DNA of 64,000 nucleotides from NCBI RefSeq assembly GCF_056746865.1, contig NZ_CM163382.1; one strand, 5' to 3'. Shown piece by piece: positions 63,716 to 64,000 of this stretch (position 1 is its first letter; each line of letters starts with the position of its first letter). The notes under the pieces were generated by a model. It saw only the letters and a program-made list of their open reading frames with translations, ran no database searches and was not told where the DNA came from. The position numbers and the translations under genes were made by a program.

Positions 63716-64000
63716 TTACATGCAAAACGTCCCGTTTTGCATCTTTGTGCCTACGGCACACCATGCTCTTTCCCTGACAATTGCCGCAGCACGCTGACCA
63801 TTATCGGCACTCAGATGTAGCAGTCCTTTTTTTCCCGGACCATCGGTGCGGGACATCACAGACGCCAGATATGCCAGCATCAGTGGGCCGGAGGCAGCCC
63901 CAACCTCACCGGTACAGGAAGTGAGCATCAGATGAGGGTAATCCGCCACTTTATGTTCCAGAGAACGCAGGACAGCCAGGACGCGGGCTTTCATGCTTTT
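63716..64000 (-). CDS. partial CDS running out of the window (unknown product)
   Basis: Open frame on minus strand reaching the window end; GC-rich unlike adjacent islet. Confidence 0.3.
   Translation of the reverse strand, partial: KSMKARVLAVLRSLEHKVADYPHLMLTSCTGEVGAASGPLMLAYLASVMSRTDGPGKKGLLHLSADNGQRAAAIVRERAWCAVGTKMQNGTFCM

Overview
This window looks like an E. coli chromosomal segment carrying a complete-looking lambdoid prophage of about 46.6 kb inserted in tRNA-Arg (argU). Left flank: the end of the sfm fimbrial operon (sfmD C-terminal part, sfmH, sfmF), fimZ and argU. The prophage runs from attL inside argU (3867-3911) to a 45-bp partial-tRNA repeat at 50407-50451 and is mosaic: an argU-type integrase, lambda-like exo/bet/gam, an immunity region of its own type (CI-like repressor, Cro/YdaS-like and YdaT-like genes, palindromic operators), a lambda O/P/ren replication module with ori iterons, a DLP12-like nin/Q region, an nmpC-like porin, a phage-21-type pinholin/SAR-endolysin/Rz/Rz1 lysis cassette, lambda cos and the full lambda Nu1-to-J head and tail gene set, then a mosaic side tail fibre, appY and ompT. 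Right flank: envY, ybcH, nfrA, nfrB and an AT-rich islet with two H-repeat (ISAs1-family) transposase copies and Rhs/immunity-like remnants. The strongest candidates for an undescribed system are (1) a two-gene operon in the rexAB-equivalent slot just downstream of the repressor gene (9096-10498), encoding a nucleotidyltransferase-fold protein and a 310-aa partner, and (2) a 500-aa membrane-anchored coiled-coil protein with a C-terminal T5orf172/GIY-YIG-like domain on the opposite strand in the nin region (14475-15977). Secondary candidates are a 1.9-kb module flanked by 84-bp direct repeats (16287-18304) and an unusual three-gene set after the tail fibre gene (46056-47355). All protein identifications rest on my recognition of the translated ORFs and of gene order; no database search was run. 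No CRISPR array or rRNA was seen.
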